Positions 17,396 through 26,407 of a stretch of 30,156 nt of DNA are shown here, piece after piece. The notes beneath the pieces are model-generated. The model was not told where the DNA came from and made no database searches. It was given only the letters and a program-made list of their open reading frames with translations. Source of the DNA: a virus. Lineage: Duplodnaviria; Caudoviricetes. Numbering within the stretch: position 1 is the first letter of the stretch; each line of letters opens with the position of its first letter. The DNA lies in IMG/VR virus record IMGVR_UViG_3300008255_000353, positions 1-30,156 of that record; one strand, written 5' to 3'. A program made the translations under genes and the position numbers.

Positions 17396-19956
17396 TGGCC
17401 ACCGCTTCTGAAATTCAAGCCAAGATGGATGCCCTTGAGGCAAACATGGACAGGTTTGACGGTATGGTCAATGGAAACGAGAGCCGGGAAGTCTCCACCA
17501 CCAACGGTGCAGTGCCCTCCTGGGCCAAGTTCTTGGCTGACAGAGAAATGGACGCTGCCTATGTTTCAGCAATGGCCAGTGCCCGACTGTACAACACAAC
17601 TGTCGATGGGATCGCGGCAACTGTCAGCGGTGAATACTTCTTGCTACGGGGCTCCGGGTTCATCTTCGCAACCCTCTACCTGAACAGCTCTGGAACGGCA
17701 GTCAACCAAAATGTTGAGATACCGTCTGCTGAGGCAAGCCTCGCCACAGACTACGGGTTCACCCACGGCAGCGGCAACCGCACCGCCCTCGCCTCCATAC
17801 ACGACCTGGGGACGGGCTCGCTGAACCGCAGCGGAGCCCTCCTGGACCCCCTGATTGACGGCAGCTTCACAAACCCCGCCAACGTAATCTACTTCACCCC
17901 CGGCGCAGCTGTTGCCGGTCTGGTGGCTGCCTACGTTCCCGAGCAGTCTGAGAACGCCAGCTGGGTGGCCGACGCGATGAAGCTCACCGTTGGTACAGTC
18001 GTCAACTGGGGGACGTGGGAAGTTGTAGGGCTCAAGGACATCGTCCGGGACGTGTCGGGCATTCCAATCTCTGCCACGTTTGTCAGCCTCAGCTCCCCGT
18101 TTGCGATCACAGGGCTTGTGACTGAGGTTGTATTCTCGAACCCTGTCCCATTCGAGGCATACGGGCTCCGGGGCGTCAGCGGCACTGTGCCCTCCACCGC
18201 CCTGGGCGAAGGTCTAGTTGAGTTGGAGTGGCGGGGCCGCACCACCGACGCCTACGGGCTTGAGCGGCTGCCACCCGGCCCGGTGGTGGGCGACCTCATG
18301 CGCCGGGGGAACGCCGGTTGGGAAGCCTACAATCCAAACAGGGATGAGTTTGACGGGCGGGAGCTGTTGGATAACTACTGGCCCTGTGACGAGGGACACG
18401 GAACCATCCTCAAGGATGTCATAGGCGGCTTGGACATCGACACCTCTAACTCCTCCCTGTCTGGAACCAAGACAGGGGGTTCAGTGGTTTGGGACAGCGA
18501 GGGCGTCCTCACTCTGAACAACGCCTGGATCGGGACCCCAGACACGGTCACCGCCCGCACCCTTTTCCTCGTGTACGAGGTCCCGGTGTCGCGGGGCGTC
18601 TATGTGATGACCTTCCCCCGCAACATAGACGCCATCGTTACAGCCAACTACCAGCAGAACTTCGCCAAGCTGAGGAACATCAGCGGCCCTGGGATCAAGG
18701 ACCTGGAGCACCGCACAAGCGATGGCGCACTGCAGACCGGCCTGGCTCTGGGCGGAGTGACCGCCCTCTGGGCTGAGAAGACAGTACAGCAAACAGGCAG
18801 CATCTTCTTTGGGTCAACCCGCGAGGACGGGGCCGGGGCCGCAGCATATGACTACCGCCTCCTGTGCGCAGCCACAGCCTCGGGCACACTTACCTTGTCG
18901 GAAGTCGAGAAGGTGCGCTTGTTCCTTGCCCGTCAGCTGGCAAAGCGCGGGCAGTACATGGTCCCGGAGGTCTGTCCAAGGCGGTGCTCTGTGGCCGTCT
19001 GGTCAGGAGAGAGCACGCACCACACCTCCCTGGTCATGGACACTGACCCCACCCTCAGCACAACCCCGTCCCTCCGGCAGAAGTTCTACGGCAACACCTT
19101 CCTGACTGGTGTTGACGCAGCCATCACTGCCGGGGCTGAGGTTAGGCCGTTTGAGCAGCTCACATACTGGCTGGACCAGACCTGGAGCGGCTACCAGCTG
19201 GGTAACGAGGGCGTGAGTGGAGACCGTGGCCGCAAGATGGGTCCCCTTCGGGGCTTCGCAGAGCGGCACCTGTACGCACCCAACAAGTTCAAGCTCCCGA
19301 TGTTTCACATGAAGCTGGCCGTGGGCGGAACGCGGATTGCCCCTGTAGGCACCACTGACGCAGACGGGGGGACCGTTAGCTCAATTGAGAGCCGTTCCCC
19401 CACGACTACCGGCAACAGCCTCTTTACCCGCGTCCTCCTACAGGGCTTCCTCCAGTACGAAGCCGAGCTAAGGCGCATGGGCTACGGGGTACAGCATGTA
19501 CACGACTTCCGGGCAGAGGGCATCAACGACGCCTATGACCTCTCCCTCAGCGTCCTGACGTCATCCAGCGTCTACCAAGCGTGGCTCCAGGATGAACACG
19601 ACGCCAAGAAAGCTCGCCTTGGAATTGACCCCTTCCCCACCGTCATCTTGGTCCCCCACCTCCCTGTTCCGGGGGCGGCGGAGACTGAAGCAGCTCAACT
19701 CGGAGTGTCCAGTTCCTACCCGAATGATGCGACTGGTCAGAGACGCTTCACCGCGCTGCTGCGCATCCGCCAGGCCTGCCGGGACTTTGCGGCAGCCAAC
19801 GCCGATGTGACGGCCCGGGAGGGTGACGACTATGAGCTGAACACAGCGAATGGGGATGACGTCCACCCGAGCTTCGCAGGTTTGACCGCGATGGGCAGAG
19901 ACTACCGCCTGGACTTCAGCTTAAGCGCCCCCCTCACGGAGGCTTTTGATGGCTGA
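17395..19956 (+). CDS. Tail spike/fibre, receptor-binding protein with LamG-like and SGNH esterase-like domains
   Basis: N-terminal virion anchor (V.T.NG.VPSWAK). Central YWPCDEGHGTILKD (LamG/ConA-like). C-terminal WSGES / AVGGT / EGINDA / DDVHP blocks. Confidence 0.75.
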   Translation: MATASEIQAKMDALEANMDRFDGMVNGNESREVSTTNGAVPSWAKFLADREMDAAYVSAMASARLYNTTVDGIAATVSGEYFLLRGSGFIFATLYLNSSGTAVNQNVEIPSAEASLATDYGFTHGSGNRTALASIHDLGTGSLNRSGALLDPLIDGSFTNPANVIYFTPGAAVAGLVAAYVPEQSENASWVADAMKLTVGTVVNWGTWEVVGLKDIVRDVSGIPISATFVSLSSPFAITGLVTEVVFSNPVPFEAYGLRGVSGTVPSTALGEGLVELEWRGRTTDAYGLERLPPGPVVGDLMRRGNAGWEAYNPNRDEFDGRELLDNYWPCDEGHGTILKDVIGGLDIDTSNSSLSGTKTGGSVVWDSEGVLTLNNAWIGTPDTVTARTLFLVYEVPVSRGVYVMTFPRNIDAIVTANYQQNFAKLRNISGPGIKDLEHRTSDGALQTGLALGGVTALWAEKTVQQTGSIFFGSTREDGAGAAAYDYRLLCAATASGTLTLSEVEKVRLFLARQLAKRGQYMVPEVCPRRCSVAVWSGESTHHTSLVMDTDPTLSTTPSLRQKFYGNTFLTGVDAAITAGAEVRPFEQLTYWLDQTWSGYQLGNEGVSGDRGRKMGPLRGFAERHLYAPNKFKLPMFHMKLAVGGTRIAPVGTTDADGGTVSSIESRSPTTTGNSLFTRVLLQGFLQYEAELRRMGYGVQHVHDFRAEGINDAYDLSLSVLTSSSVYQAWLQDEHDAKKARLGIDPFPTVILVPHLPVPGAAETEAAQLGVSSSYPNDATGQRRFTALLRIRQACRDFAAANADVTAREGDDYELNTANGDDVHPSFAGLTAMGRDYRLDFSLSAPLTEAFDG

Positions 19957-20512
19957 CCCTGACGACATCTGGACACAGGCCCTCCAGGAGGCATATGCCT
20001 CCGCCCCCACTGATGAGGTGATCCTCCACACCCTGGAGCTGCGCCACCCGGCCTTCGCTGATACGTCAATCCGGGTGGTCATGGACCACGGGGATGAGTA
20101 CGTGGTTGAGGGGGAGGAGGTTGAGGGCCACTTCCTCGGGCTTGAGGCTGATGCGCCCGTCCAGGCTGGACAGGTGGTGTTCTTCCAGTCCTGTATGTTC
20201 AGCCTGACCCTCCCAGACCAGAAGGAGGGGAGCCTGCCAACCATTGAGGTTGAGCTGGACAACGTGACCCGCCTCGTGATGGAGCACCTGGATGCGGCTG
20301 TTGGGCTGAAGGCCCCCATGGAGCTCACATACAGGGAGTACATCGCCAGCGACCTGAGCGAGCCCCAGTTCATCCTCGGGGGCCTGACCCTACGGGAGGT
20401 CAAGTCAAACCTTGGGCGGGTGACGGGGACAGCCCAGTTCAGCGACCTGGTCAACAAGAGCTTCCCCGGCAAGCTGTACCGCCCAGGCGAGTTCCAGGGG
20501 CTGGTCCAGTGA
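19949..20512 (+). CDS. Minor tail protein (DUF1833-like)
   Basis: ALQEAYASAP..VILHTLELRHP.F...LDNV...TYREY..SDL..P...FP...Y....F.GL pattern. Confidence 0.8.
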   Translation: MADPDDIWTQALQEAYASAPTDEVILHTLELRHPAFADTSIRVVMDHGDEYVVEGEEVEGHFLGLEADAPVQAGQVVFFQSCMFSLTLPDQKEGSLPTIEVELDNVTRLVMEHLDAAVGLKAPMELTYREYIASDLSEPQFILGGLTLREVKSNLGRVTGTAQFSDLVNKSFPGKLYRPGEFQGLVQ

Positions 20513-20922
20513 CGCAGGATGAGCGGGACTTCATCAACGGGCTGATAGGGCTCCCGTGGCGGAGCGGGGCAAACGGCCCAGACGCATACGACTGCTGGGG
20601 CATAGCCCAGGCTGTCCAGTGGCGGCTGTTCCTGCGACAGCTCCCGGACATACGCATCAACGCTGAGGATGTCCGCACCGTCATTCGGGAGATTGCCACC
20701 ACCCGGGCGCGGGACAGCTGGACCCGAGCGGACGGCCCAGCTCATGGACGCCTTGTTGAGATGTCCTCTGGACGGCACCCCTACCACGTTGGCGTGTACC
20801 TTGACGTTGATGGGGGCGGCATCCTACACTCCCAGAACCCGGCTGGCGTCTGCTTCGACAGGATCGCAACGCTGGAGGCAGCTGGCTGGCGGAGGTTCGC
20901 ATACAATGAATGGATCGGTTGA
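20509..20922 (+). CDS. Tail tip assembly protein, NlpC/P60 family
   Basis: LIGLPW..GA.GPDAYDCWG and HVGVYL...ILH. GTGA-coupled start. Confidence 0.88.
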   Translation: MTQDERDFINGLIGLPWRSGANGPDAYDCWGIAQAVQWRLFLRQLPDIRINAEDVRTVIREIATTRARDSWTRADGPAHGRLVEMSSGRHPYHVGVYLDVDGGGILHSQNPAGVCFDRIATLEAAGWRRFAYNEWIG

Positions 20923-23900
20923 GCTAACAACCCCTCTGAGCTTTCTGGAGCGGTCTGAGATGCGCCCCGGGGAGAGCGTGCGGGAACACTTTGAGCGGGT
21001 GGCACCGCAGGACCGGCCCGTGGTGTGCGTGTTCAATGGACAGCCGCTCCTCCGGCGCGACTGGGACCGGCCCGTGTTTGCCGATGACAGCGTCCAGTTT
21101 GTCGTCATGCCCCAGGGCGGGGGTGCGAAGAAGCTCCTCCGGGCGGTGGCGATGATTGCCCTCTCCGTGATCGCACCGATTGTGGCACCCATCATCGGGG
21201 GAGCCCTGGGCATCACCTCGGCAATCGGCATCTCCCTCATCAGCGCGGGCCTCGTGATTGCTGGCTCCTTCCTGATCAACGCCCTCCTGCCGCCTGAGAC
21301 GCCCGGGGCGCGGGACCCCATCTCAGCTTCACCCACCTACTCCCTCAGCGCCCAGGGGAACAGCGCCCGCCTGCTGGAGCCAATCCCCCGGCTCTACGGA
21401 CGCCACATCATATACCCTGATTTTGCCTCCCAGCCGTATGCGAGCTACGAGGGCAACGACCAGTACTTGTACCAGCTGTTCTGCCTCGGGGTGGGTGAGT
21501 ACGAAGTGGAGGAGGTCCGCATTGAGGACACGACCCTCTGGACCAGCACCGGAGGCTTCACAGCCTCCTTCTCTGACGTCCAGATGGAGATCATCCCGCC
21601 CGGAGGCTCTGTGACGCTGTTCCCGGCGGCTGTCCTGACCTCTGTTGAGGTGGGTGGACAGGAAGCCCTCTGTATTGATGCCCAGCGCACCGTCAACTTC
21701 TCCACGGCCCGCATCACCATGTCCACCGCCGGGGCTGACGAAAAGCTGGACTACATCGCGGTGGGTGATGGCCTCGTGATCACCGGCTCCGCTGCTGTTG
21801 ACGGGACCTACACCGTCACCAACACCTCGGGGACAGGCGAGTGGGTGGAGGTTGACGGGGACCTCGGCACCACGACCGGGGAGACGGTGAACCTGAACAC
21901 CATCAGCTGGCTGGGTCCGTTCACAGCCAACCCGGCTGACCGGGACACGGACAAGCTCCAGGTTGACCTCATCTACCCCCGTGGCCTGTACTACGCAAAT
22001 GACGAGGGAAAGCTCAACAACCTGTCCCTTAGTGTCCGTGTCCAGGCCCGGGCCGTTGATGACGCCGGGGACCCGACTGGCTCCTGGGTCACGCTGGAGG
22101 ACTATGAGCTCACCAAAAAGACGCCCACGCCGCAGCGTGTGACACGCACCTATGACCTCACGCTCGGGCGCTACGAGGTCCGCCTCCGCAGGCTCACCAA
22201 CAAGAGGGCTGACACCCGCTATGCGAATGACGTGACCTGGGGCAGCCTCCGGGCCTTCATCCCTGATGACAACACGTTCGATGACGTGACGATGATGGCC
22301 GTGGTGATGCGGGCCACCAACCAGCTCACTGACCAGTCCTCCCGGCGCTTCAACACCATCCAGACGGCCAAGGTGCCGGTCTGGGACGGCATCGCCTGGA
22401 GCGCCCCGCAGACCACCCGGAACCCCGCCTGGGCAGCAGCGGACATCCTCCGCAACACTGTGTACGGGGCCGGGCTCCCTGACAGCCGCATCGACCTCCC
22501 GGCACTCCTGGGCCTTGCTGACAAGTGGACCGCCAGGGGGGACAAGTTTGATGCGGTGTTCGACCGCAAGCAGACCCTCTGGACCTCCCTTGTTCAAACC
22601 CTCATGGTTGGGCGCGCACAGCCCCTTTTGATTGCCGGCAAGGTCTCATTTGTGCGTGACGAGGCCCATGAGATCACCCGGGGCGTCATGACCCCACGCA
22701 ACATCATCCGTGGCTCCTTTGAGACAACCCACATCCTGTATGACGAGGACAGTCCAGACGCGGTGATCATTGAATACTATGACGAGCGCACCTGGGAGCG
22801 CAACGAGGTCCTCTGCAAGATTGACGGCAGCACTGAGGAGAACCCCGCCCGCATCCAGCTGTTTGGCGTTGTAAACCGGACCCACGCCTGGCGTGAGGGC
22901 ATCTACCAGGCAGCCGTCAACCTGTACCGCCGGGTGTTCGCCTCCCTCACGACTGAGATGGAGGGCAGGCTGCTCATCCGGGGCGACAGCGTTGCCGTGT
23001 CCCACGACATGGTCCGCTGGGGCCAGTCTGCGGAGGTGGAGAGCTGGAACGCCTCAACCCGCGTCCTCGGGCTCAGCGAGCCAGTTGACGACACCACAAC
23101 TGTCGTGGGCCTCAGCGACCGGCGCGGGAGGCTCTGGGGACCTGTAGAGGTGGCCTCAATATCTGAAGATGGATACAGCGTGACCCTCAGCGCAGCAGAC
23201 CTCTCTTCTGTGGAGGGAGACATGGGGGCAATCCCCGTGTACCTCGGGTTGGAGCAGGAGCCCACGAGGGCGATGTGCGGGACACTGGACACGTACAGCA
23301 GGAAGTTCAAGGTGGTGGGGACAACCCCCGACAAGGGCGGCACCGTCCAGATGGTCCTGACCAATGACGACCCGAGGGTGTACGCTGTGGACCTCGGGAC
23401 ACCTCCAGCGGAGGTGAGCCCCTACGGCCCAGGCACCGTCCCGGATGCCCCGGTGGTGACTGGGCTCTCAGTGAGCCAGAACCCCTCCAGCGGCACCAGC
23501 CCGGTCCTGCTGGACGCCAGCTGGAACGCTGCCCCGGGTGCGACAATGTACCTCCTCCAGGTGAGCCCGGACGGGGTGACCTGGGACAGCGTCTATGACG
23601 GCCCCCTCACCTCCACACAGTTCACGACTGAGGCCGGGCCGGTCTATGTCCGCGTGTTCGGCATCGGCCAGTTCCGGGGACCATCTGCTGTGCCATCCCC
23701 CACCCCAGTGACCTACGGCACGCCCACCCTCCTCCCGGGCCAGCCCCAGGGGCTCACGGTTGAGGCCGATACAGGGGCTGGCGTCCTTTCAGCCAGCTGG
23801 GGCTCCGCCCCCCGGGCCACCAGCTACCGCGTTGACGTGTACATCGACAGCGGGGGAGGGAGCTACACCACCCTGGTGATGACCCGCACCCTATCAGGCA

Positions 23901-24595
23901 CCTCCCTCCTGTTCACCTCCACTGACGTGTCAGCAGCCGGGGGACCCTGGGACGCCTTCCGGCTGACGGTCACCCCAATCAATGCCGCCGGAGAGGGGAC
24001 CCCCCTGGGCAAGACAGTGACTGGCGTGGTCATGAACCCGCCCTCATCGGTCAGCCTTGTCACCGCCTATGACGGGCGGGAGGTCAATGCCCAGTGGAAC
24101 CCTGTTGCAGCCGCATCATCCTATGTTGCGGAGCTTTGGGAGGGCGGGGCGCTCCGGACATCCTACACAATCACGGGCACCTCCATCGTCATCACGGGCA
24201 GCTCCCTCACCTCCGCCGGTGGGCCCTGGCGCTCTCTTGAGCTCCGGGTGAGGGCACAGAACGGGACGCTGGTGAGCTCTGATGCTGTCCTCACAATCAA
24301 TGACGTTGCCCCCGCTGTGCCCGCGAACATCGCCACGTCCTCTGGGACCGCCGGGGAGGTTGACGTCAGCTGGGACGCCTCCACCAATGCTGTGGAGTAT
24401 GTCCTGTATGCCAGCGGAACCCCTGGCTTCACGCCGGGGGCATCCAACGAGGCGTTCCGGGGCGCTGCGCTTGGGGTGAACATCTCCGGCCTGACGCCCG
24501 GTGACACTGTCTACTTCCGCCTGGTGGCTGAGGACAGCTATGCGGGCGGAGACGGATACAACATGAGCACTGAGTTCAGCCAGCTGGTTTCATAG
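20906..24595 (+). CDS. Central tail tip / host-specificity protein (lambda J-like) with FN3 repeats
   Basis: About 1229 aa. PIPRLYGRH, NPAWAAADIL and several FN3-like repeats (W.A.PGA..Y). Start moved to ATG 20906 to avoid overlapping the NlpC gene. Confidence 0.92.
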   Translation: MNGSVELTTPLSFLERSEMRPGESVREHFERVAPQDRPVVCVFNGQPLLRRDWDRPVFADDSVQFVVMPQGGGAKKLLRAVAMIALSVIAPIVAPIIGGALGITSAIGISLISAGLVIAGSFLINALLPPETPGARDPISASPTYSLSAQGNSARLLEPIPRLYGRHIIYPDFASQPYASYEGNDQYLYQLFCLGVGEYEVEEVRIEDTTLWTSTGGFTASFSDVQMEIIPPGGSVTLFPAAVLTSVEVGGQEALCIDAQRTVNFSTARITMSTAGADEKLDYIAVGDGLVITGSAAVDGTYTVTNTSGTGEWVEVDGDLGTTTGETVNLNTISWLGPFTANPADRDTDKLQVDLIYPRGLYYANDEGKLNNLSLSVRVQARAVDDAGDPTGSWVTLEDYELTKKTPTPQRVTRTYDLTLGRYEVRLRRLTNKRADTRYANDVTWGSLRAFIPDDNTFDDVTMMAVVMRATNQLTDQSSRRFNTIQTAKVPVWDGIAWSAPQTTRNPAWAAADILRNTVYGAGLPDSRIDLPALLGLADKWTARGDKFDAVFDRKQTLWTSLVQTLMVGRAQPLLIAGKVSFVRDEAHEITRGVMTPRNIIRGSFETTHILYDEDSPDAVIIEYYDERTWERNEVLCKIDGSTEENPARIQLFGVVNRTHAWREGIYQAAVNLYRRVFASLTTEMEGRLLIRGDSVAVSHDMVRWGQSAEVESWNASTRVLGLSEPVDDTTTVVGLSDRRGRLWGPVEVASISEDGYSVTLSAADLSSVEGDMGAIPVYLGLEQEPTRAMCGTLDTYSRKFKVVGTTPDKGGTVQMVLTNDDPRVYAVDLGTPPAEVSPYGPGTVPDAPVVTGLSVSQNPSSGTSPVLLDASWNAAPGATMYLLQVSPDGVTWDSVYDGPLTSTQFTTEAGPVYVRVFGIGQFRGPSAVPSPTPVTYGTPTLLPGQPQGLTVEADTGAGVLSASWGSAPRATSYRVDVYIDSGGGSYTTLVMTRTLSGTSLLFTSTDVSAAGGPWDAFRLTVTPINAAGEGTPLGKTVTGVVMNPPSSVSLVTAYDGREVNAQWNPVAAASSYVAELWEGGALRTSYTITGTSIVITGSSLTSAGGPWRSLELRVRAQNGTLVSSDAVLTINDVAPAVPANIATSSGTAGEVDVSWDASTNAVEYVLYASGTPGFTPGASNEAFRGAALGVNISGLTPGDTVYFRLVAEDSYAGGDGYNMSTEFSQLVS

Positions 24596-24605
24596 GGAGA
24601 CGGCA

Positions 24606-25433
24606 ATGACCATCAGCAACTTCGACATCCAGAGGCTCCTGAAGGCCGGGGGCCGGTACGGGGGAGCCCTTGACGGGGACCTCGGGCCCAAGAGCATGAG
24701 GGGGGTGGACGGCCTCCTTGAGTCCCGGGCGGCTGAGGTCGCGGGACAGTACAAGCGCTGGGGGGAGCGCCGCAGGGCTGTCGCAGCCTTCCAGCTCATC
24801 CTGAAGCATGCTGGCTTCCCTGACGTTGGCGTGATCGACGGCCTGGTTGGGCCCGACACCGTCCAGGCCTACAGCGAGTGGGACCACCTCCAGAGGGAGG
24901 GTGAGCGCCCTGCTGCCTGGCGTCCTGACGATGAGCCGGAGGACGGCCCCGTTGTCGAGAACAGCTGGGGACCGCAGCGTGACATGGACCGGCGCTATGG
25001 ACCCGCCGGGGGACCTCAGTGTACAGCAGGCAAGGTGGACCTCCCGTTCACCATGCGCATCGCCTGGGACAAGCGGTCCACCATCCGGCGCTTCTCCTGC
25101 CACGAGGAGGTGGCCCTGAGCGCTGAGAGGGTGTACGCCAGGGTGGCGAGTGCCTACAGCCCGGAGGCCATCAGGGGGCTGGGGATTGACCTGTTCGGGG
25201 GATGCTACAACTACCGCAAGAAGCGGGGCGGCTCAACCCTGTCAACGCACGCCTATGGCCTCGCCATCGACACGGACCCGGAGCGCAACCAGCTGAGGTG
25301 GACCCGCAGCCGGGCACGCCTCGCCCAGCCCGATGCGCTGGAGTTCTGGCGCTGCTGGGAGGCAGAGGGCTGGCTCAGCCTCGGGCGGGCACGCGACTTT
25401 GACTGGATGCACGTCCAGGCCCCTGGGCTCTGA
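24606..25433 (+). CDS. Endolysin: peptidoglycan-binding N-terminus plus M15-family peptidase
   Basis: GALDGDLGPKS and GVIDGLVGPDT peptidoglycan-binding repeats. GCYNYR...LSTHAYGLAID and DWMHVQ zinc ligands. Confidence 0.92.
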   Translation: MTISNFDIQRLLKAGGRYGGALDGDLGPKSMRGVDGLLESRAAEVAGQYKRWGERRRAVAAFQLILKHAGFPDVGVIDGLVGPDTVQAYSEWDHLQREGERPAAWRPDDEPEDGPVVENSWGPQRDMDRRYGPAGGPQCTAGKVDLPFTMRIAWDKRSTIRRFSCHEEVALSAERVYARVASAYSPEAIRGLGIDLFGGCYNYRKKRGGSTLSTHAYGLAIDTDPERNQLRWTRSRARLAQPDALEFWRCWEAEGWLSLGRARDFDWMHVQAPGL

Positions 25434-25495
25434 GCGGCTATCCCCGCAGGCCCGGGCGGGGTATAGTTCCCGGGACCACAACAAGGAGAACCAGA

Positions 25496-25711
25496 ATGAA
25501 CACCTATGACACCAAGGGCATCTTTGCCTCCAAGACCGTCTGGGGCGGCATTGTTGCCCTCCTCGCTGGCGGCGCTGCCATCTTCGGGTACAGCGTCAGT
25601 GAGATTGACCAGGCCTCCCTCACCGAGGCCATTGCCGGCATCGCCTCGGCAGTTGGTGGCATCATCGCCATCTATGGCCGTGTGACCGCAACCAAGGCAA
25701 TCGGCAAGTGA
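25496..25711 (+). CDS. Holin (2 TM)
   Basis: K....SKTVWG start, two hydrophobic helices, AIYGRVTA end. RBS AAGGAG. Follows the endolysin. Confidence 0.8.
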   Translation: MNTYDTKGIFASKTVWGGIVALLAGGAAIFGYSVSEIDQASLTEAIAGIASAVGGIIAIYGRVTATKAIGK

Positions 25712-25923
25712 GCTGGCTTGCGCTCCTCCGGGCGCTCCTCAGCCTCGCATCCTACGTGGCCACCCGCGTCCGGGATGAGGAGCTGAGGGCGTCCGGGGAG
25801 GCGCGGCTGGTCACCCGCCAGCTGGAGGACCTCCATGAACGAATGTACAAGGCTTCCCTCGCTCGCAGTGATGAGCCTCCTCCTGACCGGCTGCGCGATG
25901 ATGATGGACACCGCCGGGACTGA
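25708..25923 (+). CDS. Inner-membrane spanin (Rz-like)
   Basis: N-terminal hydrophobic anchor, charged helix, C-terminal RLRDDDGHRRD. Overlaps a lipoprotein gene. Confidence 0.65.
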   Translation: MSWLALLRALLSLASYVATRVRDEELRASGEARLVTRQLEDLHERMYKASLARSDEPPPDRLRDDDGHRRD

Positions 25924-26065
25924 AGCCCCGCCCGAGGGAGCCCGGCCCCTGGCCGTCTGCGGCAGCTGGCTGCCCATCAGCTGGTCCTCCCGGGACACTG
26001 ACCAGACCATCCGGGAGGCCAAAGCCAACAACAGGGCGCGGGAGGGATGGGGCTGCCCGTCTTAA
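25835..26065 (+). CDS. Outer-membrane spanin lipoprotein (Rz1-like)
   Basis: Lipobox LLTG-C. C..W.PISWS.RDT.QT...AKANN......C pattern. Overlaps the Rz-like gene in another frame. Exact start uncertain. Confidence 0.75.
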   Translation: MNECTRLPSLAVMSLLLTGCAMMMDTAGTEAPPEGARPLAVCGSWLPISWSSRDTDQTIREAKANNRAREGWGCPS

Positions 26066-26333
26066 CTTCGGGGTGTGCCGTCTTAACTTCGGACCCACAC
26101 CGCCTGCCTAAGTTAAGACGCACAAGTGTTTGAAGACGCTGGATGAATCTGCCCCGTCTTAACTTTCTCCACTTTCTTACCCAGGGCGGGGTTCGCCCGG
26201 CAGGGAAGTTAAGACTGCCCTCCCCTATTTAAGTTAAGAAAGTTAAGGAAGTTAAGTTTTGCCTGGGGGGTCAACGGCTTATGCGGAACGGCTTCCCTGT
26301 GGGCGGGGGCGTGAAGTTAAGAAAGCCGTTCCG
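26057..26333. repeat. Copy 2 of the 277-bp imperfect direct repeat
   Basis: About 80% identical to 230-506 by hand count, no gaps. 106-bp identical core at 26192-26297. Confidence 0.97.
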
Positions 26334-26353
26334 CTGCTACAGCCCTTTTGGGC

Positions 26354-26382
26354 TTCCTCCCTCCTCCCCGCCCGGGTAGGAT
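26354..26382 (+). promoter_or_regulatory. Possible promoter for the helicase/replication operon
   Basis: TTCCTC, 17 nt, TAGGAT. Sits at a similar distance from repeat copy 2 as the terS promoter does from copy 1. Confidence 0.35.
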
Positions 26383-26407
26383 CGGGGCCTGAGAAATGGA
26401 GGACCCC

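Noticed and set aside
20669-20905. Extended N-terminus of the J-like ORF
   Set aside because: Lies wholly inside the NlpC/P60 gene. ATG 20906 gives a normal short overlap.
17395-24595. Diversity-generating retroelement or invertible tail-fibre system
   Set aside because: No reverse transcriptase, recombinase, or template/variable repeat pair was seen in the window.
25439-25467. Promoter before the holin (TATAGT -10)
   Set aside because: The -35 position reads TATCCC, a poor match, so support is insufficient.
26057-26333. Repeat as assembly artefact or terminal redundancy
   Set aside because: The copies differ completely in four fixed-length spacers and have different intact flanking genes. 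An artefact or terminal repeat would be identical.
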